Position numbers and translations under genes: made by a program. The notes under the pieces are model-generated. The model saw nothing but the letters and a program-made list of their open reading frames with translations. It was not told the origin of the DNA and did not search any database. DNA of 59,883 bases from Malacoraja senta (Eukaryota), in the NCBI GenBank assembly GCA_038087875.1, contig CM075998.1:1552001-1611883 (forward strand), read 5' to 3'. Shown here piece after piece: positions 25,012 to 37,500 of this stretch (positions are counted from its first letter, which is position 1; the number at the start of each line of letters is the position of its first letter).

Positions 25012-26018
25012 TCATCTGTAATGATTCCTTTAAAGAGCAAAGTAGTTAATCCCATTTCTCCTCTTCCCACATATCCCTGTAATTTTGTCTGTGTATCCAC
25101 CCACTTCCTCTATGGAGCCCGCTACTAAATTAGTAAATCAGCCATTCAGCTGATGGCAATTTAACAAAATATTTCCTTCAAATGCAAACTATGTTTTGAC
25201 AACAGTCAGCTAGTGAGTTAGGAGGGGTGGCGCACATGACTCAAGAAATCATTAATTGCCGAATGGGAAGAGTCAATTTGCTCAGAAAACAGTCAGATTG
25301 AGCAGAGGAAACAAAAAATATTTCAATTTCTCCAAAGAAAGTTCGCTGCATATAAATTATGCATAAAATTGATCTGTTACTTGTAGCAGTGAGCACCAAA
25401 CTTGATTGACTGGGGATTTCGCCAACTATCTCCACTCTGGCACTGTCTCAACATGCAGGCTTTTTTTTTTAAAGGGGGAAAAGATAGCAAACTGTCTCAA
25501 CATCAAGAGCATTCAGGGCCTGTCTGAAAAACTAACGTGTACAATTCCTAAATCATTTAAACACAAAATAGAGTAAAGTCCAGAGAATGTTTACACATGA
25601 CATTAATAAGTAATGTTAGACAGAAGTTAAGCTGCTTCTTGTGCCTGGGCCTAAACATTGATATCCCCTTGCAAAATATTTCAATGAATCAGTAAATTAC
25701 TTGCTGTGAAACTTGGGAATTAATAGTCACTGATATGTTTTAATGATAGTTTTGCCAATGTCAGGTACAATCTGCTAATGTCATCAAATAATGAAACATT
25801 GTTTCCGATTGCAGCAATGAGGTGAAAAATCAATTGGAAAGCTGTCTGCATGGCTGGTTTTCAATTACATACATATTGCTCCTACAGTAAGACAAGTTCT
25901 TCACGTCAAAGTAATTTACCTCTCGGGCTAGCTATCAGTTAAAATAGTGAAGGTAGAAAGGAGAAATGATGGTGGGTGGGGAGAAGAGGCAGGCAGATGC
26001 AGAGAAAGATAATGAAAT

Positions 26019-26092
26019 GAAACGTCGCCCATTCCGTCTCTCCAGAGATGCTGCCTCACACGCTGAGTTACTCAAGCATTTTGTGTCTACCT
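26019..26092 (+). mobile_element. Short PLE-derived insertion with 10-bp TSD
   Basis: GAAACGTCGCCC...TTTGTGTCTACCT flanked by ATAATGAAAT (26009-26018, 26093-26102). Confidence 0.75.
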
Positions 26093-26124
26093 ATAATGAA
26101 ATAGAATATTGTTTCAATGAGGGG

Positions 26125-26270
26125 AAAAGACAGTGCTGGAGTAACTCAGCAGGTCAGGCAACATCTCTGGAGGACATGATATGGGGATGTTTCAGGTCAG
26201 GACCCTTCTTCAGAATGATTGGTCTTTTTTTTGTTGCTAACCAGCACCTGCAGTTCCTTGTGCTTCCGTG
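26125..26270 (-). mobile_element. PLE-derived repeat with hammerhead-like core
   Basis: Minus strand CTGAAGA-AGGGTCCTGACCT-GAAACATC. Confidence 0.65.
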
Positions 26271-26819
26271 TTTCAATGTGATCCAATTCTTCTTTGTAAA
26301 TTGGCTTATGAAGCATAATTTCCAATAAATACAGCATCCAATTGTTCTGAAATGCTGATGGATCAGGCTCACTCATTAGGCCAGAGCACGAACCAGGGCT
26401 CGAGATTGAGAGTGGAGTGTGCAGTGCAGGTTCACACTCCATAGTGCAGCCAGACGGGGTCAGGAACAGCAGGGGGTCAATTTGAAACACACACACTGAA
26501 GCTCACTAGGTTCTATCTCTTGCTCCCTTTAAACTCACATGGTTCACAGGAAATTTTAAACATGTACAGTTTTTGTTCCTCAAGCAAGTTGCAGCCTCCC
26601 AGAATTGTACCTCATTTCCAGGACCACTTCTATGAATACCTCCATAATCAAGTTTGTTGCCCCTGCTATGTTACAAAAAAAGTGTTCCAAGATACCATGA
26701 AATGATTGAAGAAATCATTCTCATCCAATATTTCTCATCTACACACTCTACCATTCTAAATACAAAAAGTTCAATTTCCACACACTCTTGTAATGTCCAA
26801 CTCTACATAACATCACCAC

Positions 26820-27350
26820 TCTCCATCCCTCCACTAAATTGTCTCAAATCCTAAATTGTCACTGTTTATTCGTATCTAGGACTGGAAGGGTAGAAACTTC
26901 TGCCAACTCACTATTGGAAAGATCCAAGTCAGTCTTCAGTCCCCAACGCAAACTGCTTTCCATCACCCTCTGACAAATGTCTGAAACCAAAGCAAATGTT
27001 TAAGCCTAGTGTCATATTTGACCCCACAGCGAACTAGGGCCTCCCATTTCCACCTCTGTAACAGGATGTAAATCCATTGCTGCCCAACATCTTTGATGCT
27101 AAAACCTTCATTCCTGCTTTATTGACGCCAGATTTGACAATTCTATTGCATTCCATCATTCAATACTCCATAAACTTTTTGTGCCCATGTCCCAAGCCCA
27201 CAAGGTACTATTTACCCATCACCCCTGCACTGGTTTCCAGTTAAGCAATAACTCAATTTTCAGTTCCCAATTTTTTCACACCCCACCCATCCTTATTTCT
27301 GTAATCCACAGCCCTACAATGCTTGGATATATTGTACACTATCAATATTA
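26820..27350 (+). mobile_element. Old L2-like LINE fragment
   Basis: DAKTFIPALLTPDLTIL region resembles the L2 motif AETLIHAFVTSRLDY (with frameshift). Confidence 0.5.
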
Positions 27351-29116
27351 GCTTCTTGATCCAATTTTCATCCACAAATGGCAACTTTATATTTGATATT
27401 GATGATTAGCACATGAAAGGACATTTGAATGTTCAACAAACCACATGCAAACTAGGTGTCAGATTTCTTAAACTTAGCAAAACAGGCTTGAACATTTATG
27501 TGGAAGAGCACAGGAACTATTATTTGTACAAAGATCACAATGTACAGGAGGGGCAGATCTATACACACTGTTGGAAGATGCTGCAAAACTGGATTGTGTT
27601 CCAACTTTGGCACTGTGTCCAAAAATAGATAACACAAAATGTACCTCTGGCAATTTCATGACATGGGTGTGCCTTATAGAAAAAAAAAATCGTGTATGAA
27701 ACTGGATGGATTTTAAACGGGATATTAAGCTGAAAACAACAATTGCTGCAGATACTGGAAACCTGAAATATGAATAAAACATGGACATATCTGCAGGTCA
27801 GGCAGCATCTGAGGAGAGATAAACAGAGTTAATGGTTCAGGTTGATAACCTTTCGCCAAAACCAGAAGTTAGAAATCAAACACTAAGTTACAAAGTGGGA
27901 GAGGGAGGGAAGAAAGCAAAAGATCTAGAAAGTGAATGATGCAAAGGTTGTTGGTGCCAGAGAAGCAGCCGACCCATCTGCAAGAGGTGCAAATAAAAGG
28001 AGACGAATGAGAACAGAGGAGGGGAAACAAACAATGTTAGAATTGTGAAATTCAATACAATTGCTGGAAATATGAAATAAGAGAATGAAAAAAAGTTTCC
28101 ATTATTCTTACTCACCCTAACCCAACCCACTCTGAAACTGCAACCGTCCAGTCTCCAAGGAAAACACAATCATCAATTCTAATGACAAAGACTGTTGTTT
28201 GACACATTTCCTCAGGGGCCAAAACATGAACTCTCAGGCACATGCTGATGCCTTCAACTGGAACATGACCCCACAACTAAATCTCTCCCAGACAGATAGA
28301 CATTGGCCTAACTTCGTCAAAGATCTCCAGCCTTATCACCCAACAGCAGAGCTTACTTTGCCCTCCTCCAAGCTGGAGTGACATTTCAAAACCATTGTTT
28401 CAGCCTGGTCAAACCCACAGAACTCATTTCTTCCCCTTTCCCAATACCTTTCTACCTACAAAGGACTCGCTGGTTCACCATTCTAGCTACATCTAGCTAG
28501 TGGTGTGGTGTGACGGCGCCTAACTGCAGTCCGTCTGTCTTTTTTTTTTTGTCTCGTTAAATGTATGTTTTGATTCTAGTTTTTATTATTTTTTTAGCTG
28601 TGTATATGTGGGGGGTGGGGGAAACCGTTTAATCTCTTCCCTGTACGGGGGACCCTACTTTTTCCGTCGGGTCCCCGATGTCGTTGGGCCTAACATCATG
28701 GAGCCAGCGGTGGCCTCCAACCGGAACCAACCTGAGGGCTCCAGTTGCGGAGCCTGCGGACTTGCCATCGGGGAGCTGGCCGACTTCGGAGTGGGGGGAG
28801 CTGTGGTGGCACTCGGCTGCGACCCGACTTCGGAGCTTCGGAGGCTCTGGCCGCAGGCCCGGTGTACGGTAACATCGGGAGCTCCAGGTCCCTGGTGGGA
28901 GACCGCTTTTCGGAGCTCCCGCAACTGCACTTCTCCCGCCGAAATCGTAGGGTTAAAGGACTTGGAGCGTGGCTTAACATCGCCCGGCGCGGCTTAAACG
29001 GCCGCGGGACTTACCATCGCCCGCCGGGGGCTTTAACATCGGGAGCCCCTGTTCGCCTCGACGCTGCAGTTGGACTGCTGGACCGCGGGAGAAGAACAAA
29101 GGGAGGAGATAAGACT

Positions 29117-29261
29117 TAGAAGGAACTGCAGATGCTGGAAAATCGAAGGTACACAAAAATGCTGGAAAACTAAGTGGGTGCAGCAGCATCTATGGAGCGA
29201 AGGAAATAGGCTGGATAGATGCTGCTGCACCCGCTGAGTTTCTCCAGCGTTTTTGTGTACC
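29117..29261. mobile_element. PLE-derived inverted-repeat insertion with 14-bp TSD
   Basis: Head-to-head arms; flanked by GAGGAGATAAGACT (29103-29116, 29262-29275). Confidence 0.8.
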
Positions 29262-29375
29262 GAGGAGATAAGACTCTTGCCTTCCATCACAGTGAGAAGG
29301 TGTTGGAGATTCACTGTGATGAATGTTTGGGTAAATTGTGTTAAGTGTGGGTCTTGTTTTTTTTTGTAAAGTTAA

Positions 29376-29695
29376 TAGCCCTGTCCCACAATACGAGTTC
29401 ATTCCAAGAGTTCTCCCGAGTTTGCCCCGATTCAAACTCGGAGATTTATGGTAATGGCCACTCGTCAGTACTCAGGGCTCTCGTGGACATTTTTCATCAT
29501 GTTGAAAAATCTTCACGAGTCTTCCCGTGCTTACCTGCCGTTAGCGAGTGTTCCCGAGTACCTGCCGTTAGCGCTAAGAGACGCCCCCAAGCTCCGACGT
29601 ACCCGCTACATTCATTCTCCGTGCTTACCACGAGTTTGATTTTTTTAAAACTCGGGAGAGATCTTGGAATGAACTCATACCATGGGACAGGGCTT
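29376..29695. mobile_element. PIF/Harbinger-like MITE
   Basis: TIRs AGCCCTGTCCCACAATACGAGTTCATTCCAAGA / TCTTGGAATGAACTCATACCATGGGACAGGGCT in TAA/TTA context. Confidence 0.85.
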
Positions 29696-31113
29696 TAAGA
29701 CTGTAGAAAATGCAATTATGTTCAAACCAAGCTGACAATAAAAGGAATTATATTCTATTGTATCAACATGCACTCCTTCTCACAGCACCCTCCCATGCAA
29801 CTACAGCAGAAACAACACCTACACTTTTATCTTTCCCACCATCCAGCAATCCAAACAACTCATCCAGATGAAGCAGCAATTCATTTGCACTTATTTTCCC
29901 ATTTTGTCGTCAGCATTCAGTGCCAATGATGTAGGCCCTCTGCAACTGATTTCACAGCATTTTACTTTGTAATTCAGTATTTCACTTTGTTGCTAAACAT
30001 GGTGTACATTGCAGGCTCATATCTCCTGTCCTTTGTTGAGTCATCCTATCAGCAAAGCCCCTCCCCCAGGAATGGACTGTTCCTCGGACATAGATAATAT
30101 TCTCAGACAGAAGTGGTGTGTGGCTCTGGGAGCATCAAGGGAGAAAATGCCTTAAGAATGAGGAAAAAGATTAAAAGTAACAACATAGAATCCCGTTTTG
30201 CTCCCTCAGTAGATCATGCGTTCGCCCCCCCCCCCCCCCCCCCCGGTCGTCCCTCACTGAGCTCTTAATGTTCCCTCGTTCTTTGCTTTAATTTATTACC
30301 TTCCACTGGAAAATCATGGGTGGGGACTACACAGCCCATCTTTTTTTTTATGATGCAGCAAAACAGCAATGCACCAACGACTAAATCCTATAAAAAGTGT
30401 TCCATGAGACGCAGATTCTGCGTTTCTTCTTTTTCACCGGCATGGTACACACTTCGACGTTTGTCTTGGTGACAAGACATACATTTTAATGGTATGGTCG
30501 CTGCGTTTCTTGGACCGAGATTGAACTACAAGCTCGTATCAAAAGTTGTGACAAACATGAACAATGTATCTTTGCTTCACGGCCACCTTAGCACAAGACA
30601 TGCAAGAAAGCCACCTTGAGTACCCCAGGCACAGCAACTCTCTCATGACAAATTTTATTCAGATTTAATCACGATCATGTTAAAAACAGAAAATTGTTAG
30701 TTAAAAATAATCCTTCAACAAAGACGTGCAATGCAAGTATATTCATCGGAATGCAGGCTTGTGATCTCACCCTTTTGGAACTTCCCACCAGTATCCGCAG
30801 GACAATTAATCGTCCTTCACGTACAGAGATATATACATAAAATACAGACTTTGTATAAAGCAAAGTGCTTTGCAAACTTGAATACAGATACTATTCGTGC
30901 GTTTGGTATTTAAAAACGGGACCTTCACTGCCGTCGAGTTATCTGGTGCAAAGATTTGATTTTACATCTGGAATCAGCACTACGGACTCTGCGCATTGAT
31001 CTTCTTCCAATGTTTTTTTTTTCTGGCCGGGATTAAGATTCCCTGCAGATACAGAAACTTTGCAACTAAACGCGCTTGCACTTTGGGTGCAACAAAGCTT
31101 GCCAGTGTCTTAC

Positions 31114-31440
31114 CCAGGCTGGAAGGCTCTTGTTTGTCCTTTTCCTGGTGACGGTCTCTTCGTTCTCCAAGAAGTGCAAGCTGTCCCTCAGTTTGTTCCA
31201 CTTGTTCTCCCTCCGCATTTTCCAGCCCATCCACAGTATCAGTCCGAAAACCAGAAAACTCACACTCAACCCGAAGTAGCCGGTCAGATAAATCGGCATG
31301 AGCCACAGGAGCGTTTTACCAAACCGAGTGAACAGTGCCATCATGTCGGTGACCGCCTGCTTCGGAGCCGCGACTTCCTCGGGGCTTCTGCCACCCGGGG
31401 CCGGCGCCCCCTCCTCGCGAGCGCTGGGGTTCGGCTCCAT
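31114..31440 (-). CDS. ESYT1: Extended synaptotagmin, first coding exon (109 codons; N-terminal membrane hairpin), probably ESYT1
   Basis: MEPNP...FGKTLLWLMPIYLTGYFGLSVSFLVFGLILWMGW...LPAW followed by donor TGG|GTAAGA; LPAW marks the start of the SMP region; ZC3H10 upstream in the same orientation as in human. Confidence 0.88.
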
Positions 31441-31800
31441 GAGGTAAATTTTGTTTTGTTTTTGCAATTGAACGACGAAAAAGATAAAAGGGGGAAAAAA
31501 AGAAAACTCGGCATACAATTTTTTTTTTTTTTTTTAAGTAGACTGATTCAGTGAAGGACACTGACAGTCATCTCAGCGCGAGCAGCTGCCGTGCCTTCCC
31601 ACCTCCGCAGAGAAGTCGCGCTCCGGGGTTGCGAGGCGTTCGCTCCCCAGCGAGATGGCAGCGTCGCGCTGTGCGGAAGGAGCCGGCCACAGAGCTAGCC
31701 CACCGCCTGTCAGCGGGAAGGAAGAAGTGAAGCTCAGTTCTCGTCCCTCCCACTTATATAGCCCTTGCCTTTTCCTGGAGGGCGTCGCTGGTGTCTGCAT
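31300..31800 (-). promoter_or_regulatory. CpG-rich promoter/5' region of ESYT1 with TATA box and initiator
   Basis: Minus-strand TATATAA at 31760-31754; TCACTTC Inr with A at 31728, 32 bp downstream; high CpG density. Confidence 0.7.
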
Positions 31801-32548
31801 CCTCACTGTATCCTTCACTCAGATTATCTGCACTGACTCTTTTCTCATTTTTTGGTGAATTAAGACGTGCTTGCACATTTCAGTTCGATCAACAAACACG
31901 CGTTCCCTTTCAACGCTAAAAAAAGCCCCACATAGACTGAGGAAACTATTTAATTCATCGCGCAGAACGGTCACTTTGATGAGGACTGTGCTTTCGCCAG
32001 TGTGGGGTTTTCTTTGTGTCGATCTAAAAAGTTTAGTTCCGAACTGCCGAGCGGACCCTCCAGCCTCCACATTCACCCGATTCGATTGAACTTCCGTCAT
32101 ATCCGTTCAGTGTTGGGCGCAGTTTTTATTTTAAATATCAGTGCCATCTTGTTCCCACGCACCTTTGTGTGGTTTTGAAAACTGACCTGCGGGGCTGTCA
32201 GAGGCAGGCAGCTGAACCAAGACACAGAGCACTATGCATCACACCGCCTGATTAGAAAGGCCGCCTCAAGTAACTTATTTGCTTGCCACGTTAAATAGCA
32301 GGATATTTATTCACTATAGATTCGTTGTGAAATATTACTGAGGAATTCCAGGTTTTTTTGCATGTTTATAGCGTCGTCATTAACCCTAAAGGGAGTGGCA
32401 CACGCACCAAACGTGAATAGTGCATTGAGAGGGAATTTCACTATCAGGCAACGAAATTCACCCAAATAGATCAATATCCATTCAACTGGTTTAATTACAA
32501 TCTTGCCGAATACTTCAAATGTTGTTCCAGACCACGATTCATTTATAG

Positions 32549-32989
32549 TACTTTTCTATACAATCTGAAGTTAGGAAAATATGTTTCTGTACATCTCTGT
32601 CCCGTAGGGACTCAGTTAAACTGTGTAGATTGAGGTTGGGACACTGTGGGTTAAATTACTATTTGTGCATTGTAGGGAAACATGTTTCTGGCTTGTGTGA
32701 ATGTGGGAGTAATGAGACAGTTAAGCATGTTTTCCTAGAATGTAAAAAGTATAGGGTAGAAAGAAAAGTATTATTTGTTAGACTGACAGGACTTGGAGTT
32801 GAGGCTTTTTCTGTTTTATCTTTGTTTGGACACAATGAGAAACATCAACTGATATCCAGGGCTGTTCTTCAATTCCTGCAAGTTACAGGACTGTATATAA
32901 GAATTTAGTTCAAACTTTGACCTGTGGAGGGCAGTAATACGCTTAGCAGCGTCTACACTGCCGGAATCCTACAAGAAGAAGAAGAAGAA
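32549..32989 (+). mobile_element. 5'-truncated I-group (Nimb-like) LINE
   Basis: RLRLGHCGLN...CECGSNETVKHVFLECKKY Zn knuckle; 3' hairpin GGCAGT..ACTGCC; (AAG)n tail; TSD GATTCATTTATAG (32536-32548, 32990-33002). Confidence 0.8.
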
Positions 32990-33227
32990 GATTCATTTAT
33001 AGCAACATTACCCTGTTGCCATGTACATGTCCAGTGCAATTTTGTTGCTAGTTAATCCTGCTGAAAAAAAAGTTCAGTTTCGGATTGAAGGTATGAAAAA
33101 ACTCTTCATACAAAGCTCTTCATAACTTTCTGAACCTGAAGAATTTCAAACAGCGGGAGTAAAAGCTGTAGAAGTAGAACGAAATACAAAACAGAACATG
33201 TGGGGGGGATTAGCAGGCCATGAAGCA

Positions 33228-33268
33228 CCAGTTAATGTTTTAGGTCTGTGACCGTTCATCAGAACTGG
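33228..33268 (-). ncRNA. Degenerate type I hammerhead motif in an older PLE-type repeat
   Basis: Minus: CCAGUU-CUGAUGA-AC-GGUC ACA GACC-U-AAAA-CAUU-AACUGG; 6-bp stem I; GAAA mutated to AAAA. Confidence 0.5.
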
Positions 33269-33567
33269 GAAGGAAAAAGATGTAAGTTAGTTTTCAGTGG
33301 GAGATGTGGAGGAGGAATGTGTAGGACAAAGAGGACATCCGTGATAGACATAGGCTGAATTGAAATTGCTTAATCAGGACTGTTATCAGCACATTAAGCA
33401 ACTAGGCCTTTGTAATGAGCTTGTTAATGTGGAACTTGTCCAGCAGCTTCGAGAACATGCAAGTAGGTACAGGACACTTTGTTGAGGAACTCCTGCAGAG
33501 ATGTCTGAGGACCAAATGATGGACTTCCAATTACCACAGTTATGTTCCTTTATGCAAGGAACCATTG

Positions 33568-33657
33568 TCAAAAAACACATAAAGTGCTGGAGTAACTCAG
33601 CGGGTCAGGGAGTATCTCTGGAGAACATGGATAGGTGACATTATGGGTTGGGACTCC
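33568..33657 (-). mobile_element. Short PLE-derived insertion with 8-bp TSD
   Basis: Flanked by AACCATTG (33560-33567, 33658-33665). Confidence 0.65.
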
Positions 33658-34246
33658 AACCATTGGATTGTCTTCTGTTTAATACCCAAAAGCTTTGACT
33701 GGCATGAATGCTTTTTATTTGGGATTTCCATATCTGATTGTGGATCTAGGTAAAGGCTGTGTAATCTCTGTGCGTCATATGTAACATCATCTGAAGACTA
33801 ACCTGCACAATCATCAGATTAAATTCAAGGAGAATTTGCAAAATGCCTTTAGGTGAAATTCAAATGTTAACATTCAATGCAAATCTGATTTGGATCACGT
33901 TAGGTATATATTTAAAAGTAGATCTAGTTTCTATTTACAAACAATGATATTTTTGCACAATTTTAGATATGAAATATGGGGAGACAGAAAGAGCAGCTGG
34001 TGCTAATTTACAATTCTGCAATATGGTTATTCCACATGAAAACTACTGCCATTGCCTGCTCAGTAAATATTGTAGTTAAGAATTATGTCCAACAGTGCTG
34101 ACTGATGTTCACAACTACTTGTGTTTCTCCAGCATTTTTGTGTACCTACTTGTGAAATAAAATATTTTCCCAATTGCACTTTTTGCTTGTTTTGAACCCT
34201 GCAAGTTACTGAAAAAACTTAAATAATGGAAAGCTTGGATAGAGTG

Positions 34247-34450
34247 TGTAGATCGGCTATTGCATGCTAGCCAATCATAGTGCTTGTTAGTAATAACCCC
34301 GCCTAGTATATGCTTTATAATATTAGGGACTCGCCTACGTCAGGCAGTAGATGTAGCAGCTCGGAGATGTAACGTACTGCAGATCCTGTGCTGTAAGTGT
34401 TTAATAAAGATGTGTTGTATCTTTATATGTGTTGGAGTCCGGTAATTACG
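34247..34450 (+). repeat. 5' LTR (204 bp)
   Basis: TGTAGATCGG...GGTAATTACG; contains CCAAT, TATAAT and AATAAA. Confidence 0.95.
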
Positions 34451-34465
34451 TGGTGTCAGATAGTG
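34451..34465 (+). promoter_or_regulatory. Primer-binding site, tRNA-Leu(CAA)-like
   Basis: TGGTGTCAGATAGTG versus TGGTGTCAGAAGTG, the complement of the tRNA-Leu(CAA) 3' end; one extra T. Confidence 0.7.
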
Positions 34466-34519
34466 ATTCGGACTAAGTTTACCGGGTTTCTTTTATTTTA
34501 TCACTTTACTCTCTCCATT

Positions 34520-37500
34520 ATGGCTAACTCCTGCCGCAGACCGAGCCCTTTGATCTTTGATTCAGACATCGCGGAGCAATGCCGTCTTTTTGAACGTGAC
34601 TACACTCATTATATCCGCATTGTTCATCGGAATGACCGCACTGACTTGAAAGCATCACTACTGCTTAATCTAGCGGGTCCAGAGGCAATGAACCGTGTCG
34701 ACACCTTTGATTCTGCTCCTGCTGTTTTGGATGGCAACGGGCAAGTCCTAGTTCCTGCCGAGACCATAGATGACCCCGTGGTTCTACTCAATACATTCAG
34801 AGAGCTGTGTGATTTGCCTTCAAACCACATAATCGAAAGGACAACGTTCTATGCTCGTTTGCAGCACTGTCGACGATTTATCAGTGATTTAAAACACATG
34901 GCTGCGCGCTGTCGCTTCGGTGAGTTGATGAATGAACTTGTCAGAGATAAGCTCGTGGGGGGCATGATAGCAAACTGAGAGCTGAGCTCCTTCGCTCCTT
35001 CGCTCCTTCGCAACACCGAACTAACTCTTGACCAAGCGATTCACTCGTGTCGTATTTCAGAGGTTACTGCACCCCATCCTTCCAAATCTGAGGAAGGACA
35101 TTATAGCCATAGAGGGAGTGCAGAGAATGTTCACCAGACTGATTCCTGGGATGTCAGGACTTTCATATGAAGAAAGACTGGATAGACTTGGCTTATACTC
35201 GCTAGAATTTAGGAGATTGAGAGGGGATCTTATAGAAACGTACAAAATTCTTATGGGGTTGGACAGGCTAGATGCAGGAAGATTGTTCCCGATGTTGGGG
35301 AAGTCCAGGACAAGGGGTCACAGCTTAAGGATAAGGGGGAAATCCTTTAAGACCGAGATGAGGAAAAACTTTTTCACACAGAGAGTGGTGAATCTCTGGA
35401 ACTCTCTGCCACAGAGGGTAGTTGAGGCCAGTTCATTGGCTATATTTAAGAGGGAATTAGATGTGGCCCTTGTGGCTAAAGGGATCAGGGGGTATGGAGA
35501 GAAGGCAGGTATGGGATACTGAGTTGGATGATCAGCCATGATCGTATTGAATGGCGGTGCAGGCTCGAAGGGCCGAATGGCCTACTCCTGCACCTATTTT
35601 CTATGTATCTATGTATCTATGCTGATCCTGACACTTTCAGCCCACGACAGCAACACAACGTCAATCTTGCTGACTACTCCTCCCACAAAGCCCCTAATGT
35701 GTCTGCTGCGCGGTCAGAATTGTAACTATTTTCATGCGAGGGGTCGCCAGTTCTGCGTGGCTTACGGAAAGACCTGTAACAATTGTAAAAAGCCAAATAA
35801 TTTCGCGAAATGTTGTCGTTCCCGTGGGACTGCCAATGCTTCAAGAACAAACTTGCACCTGCTTCAACAAGAGTTTTCTGATGCTGACTCCCAAGAACTC
35901 GAAACATCCTCCCACGAGCACTGTTCAGACACTGCTGATAACAGTTCTGCTATTCACTCCCTCCTACTGTCATCTAACGAGCTACTCGACCCTGAAGTGA
36001 CTGTGTTCATAAATAACAGGCCCATACTCGCCAAAGTGGATACGGGTGCAAAGGTCAACGTCATGTCAATAAGGGAGTTTAATAAAATTCGAAATGCCGA
36101 ACGAATGCTTAAGGACTCCTCAACGCTCCGGGCTTACAGGGGAGAGATCTTACATCCACTTGGAAAAGCTGCTTTAAAGTGCACGGTTGACGAGCAGACA
36201 CGCACTCTGCAGATTTACACTGTAAAGTCAAACTCAGAGACTTTGCTTGGTATCAATGCATGCCACGACCTAGGCCTGGTGTATTTTGGACGTGCGGTCC
36301 ACAAACTATGTCTCACGGACGAGCCAGCACAACAACTGCTCTCCCAGTACAAAGACCTGTTTTATGATGGACTTGGCAAGTTGCCTTTAAAGTATCAAAT
36401 CACCACTGATCCTACAATCACACCTATAGTGAGCACCACATCGCGTTCCACATGCCATGCGCGACAGAATACACAATGAACTCAAACGAATGGTCTCAAT
36501 GGGAGTCATTGCTGAAGTTACCGACCCGTCTGACTGGGTTTCAACTATGGTCGTTGCAACTAAGAAAAACGAAGAGGAGATACGCATCTGCATCAATCCC
36601 AGAGATCTGAATACTGCAATCAAATGCCCCCACTACCCAATGAGAACTACAGAAGATGTCGCTGCACAGATCGGAAACGCAGCAGTGTTCTCAGTCCTGG
36701 ATGCCAAAAGCTCCTTCTGGCAGATTCCATTAGAACCAGATTCATCCAACCTCACTACTTTCGGCACACCCTTTGGCCGTTTCAAATTTTTGAGGATGCC
36801 CTTCAGCATCAATTCCGCCAGCGAAGTTTTTCAGTGCACCATGGAACAACTGTTTGCAGAATACCCGTGCGCCATCATTGTTGATGACATTCTCGTCTAT
36901 GGTCGCGACCTGGCTGAACAGGACGCCAACCTGAAGAAAGTGCTCGACCGTGCCAAAGACATTAATCTCAAACTGAATCCACTCGTGCAGGTTTCTTGTT
37001 CCTGAGGTCATTTACGTCGGAAATGTTTTCACCAGCAGCGGCCTCAAGCCTGATCCACTGAAAACTGCAGCCATCAACGAACTGCCGGTTCCCACCGATG
37101 TCACGGGTTTGCAATGATTCCTCGGCATGGTCAACTACCTGGGTAAATTTATTCCTAACCTCAGCGAGCTATCGGCTCCCCTGCGCGGACTGACACACAA
37201 AGACACGGCATGGTCCTGGTACCCGCAGCACCAAAGGGCTTTTGACACCCTCAAACTACAATTGGCCAGCGCGCCAACACTGTCATATTTCGACCTTAAA
37301 TTACCGGTTACAATCACCTGCGATGCGTCCCAGTACGGGCTAGGCGCGGCATGCCTACAGACCACCACCAACAGTGGCATCAAGCCAGTCTCATATGCAT
37401 CCCGTACGCTGACAGATACCGAATAGCGATGTGCCCAGATTGAAAAGGAACTGCTTGCGGTGGCTTTCACATGTTCTAAATTCAAGGACGTCATTTTTGG

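Larger units (their letters stand above)
28500..29760 (+). mobile_element. Second GC-rich Rex1-tailed non-autonomous element, carrying two nested insertions and itself inside a decayed PLE ORF
   Basis: Shares GACTTACCATC, AGACT..TGCC(T)TCCATCACAGTGAG and TGACAATAAA with 21995-22649; flanks translate to PLE-like DSLVH (about 28465) and QMKQQFICT (about 29866). Confidence 0.6.

Noticed and set aside
1..31113. Downstream ESYT1 exons (expected next: VxFPDxExxEWLNK)
   Set aside because: A manual scan found only chance partial matches (AEWL near 25140, LFPD near 3630, IPDV near 30965) without proper context. Exon 2 is probably beyond the window, though a short exon could have been missed.
31066..31518. 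150-aa ORF as a complete protein
   Set aside because: Homology runs from MEPNP (31440) to LPAW and stops at a GTAAGA donor. The rest is UTR or intron.
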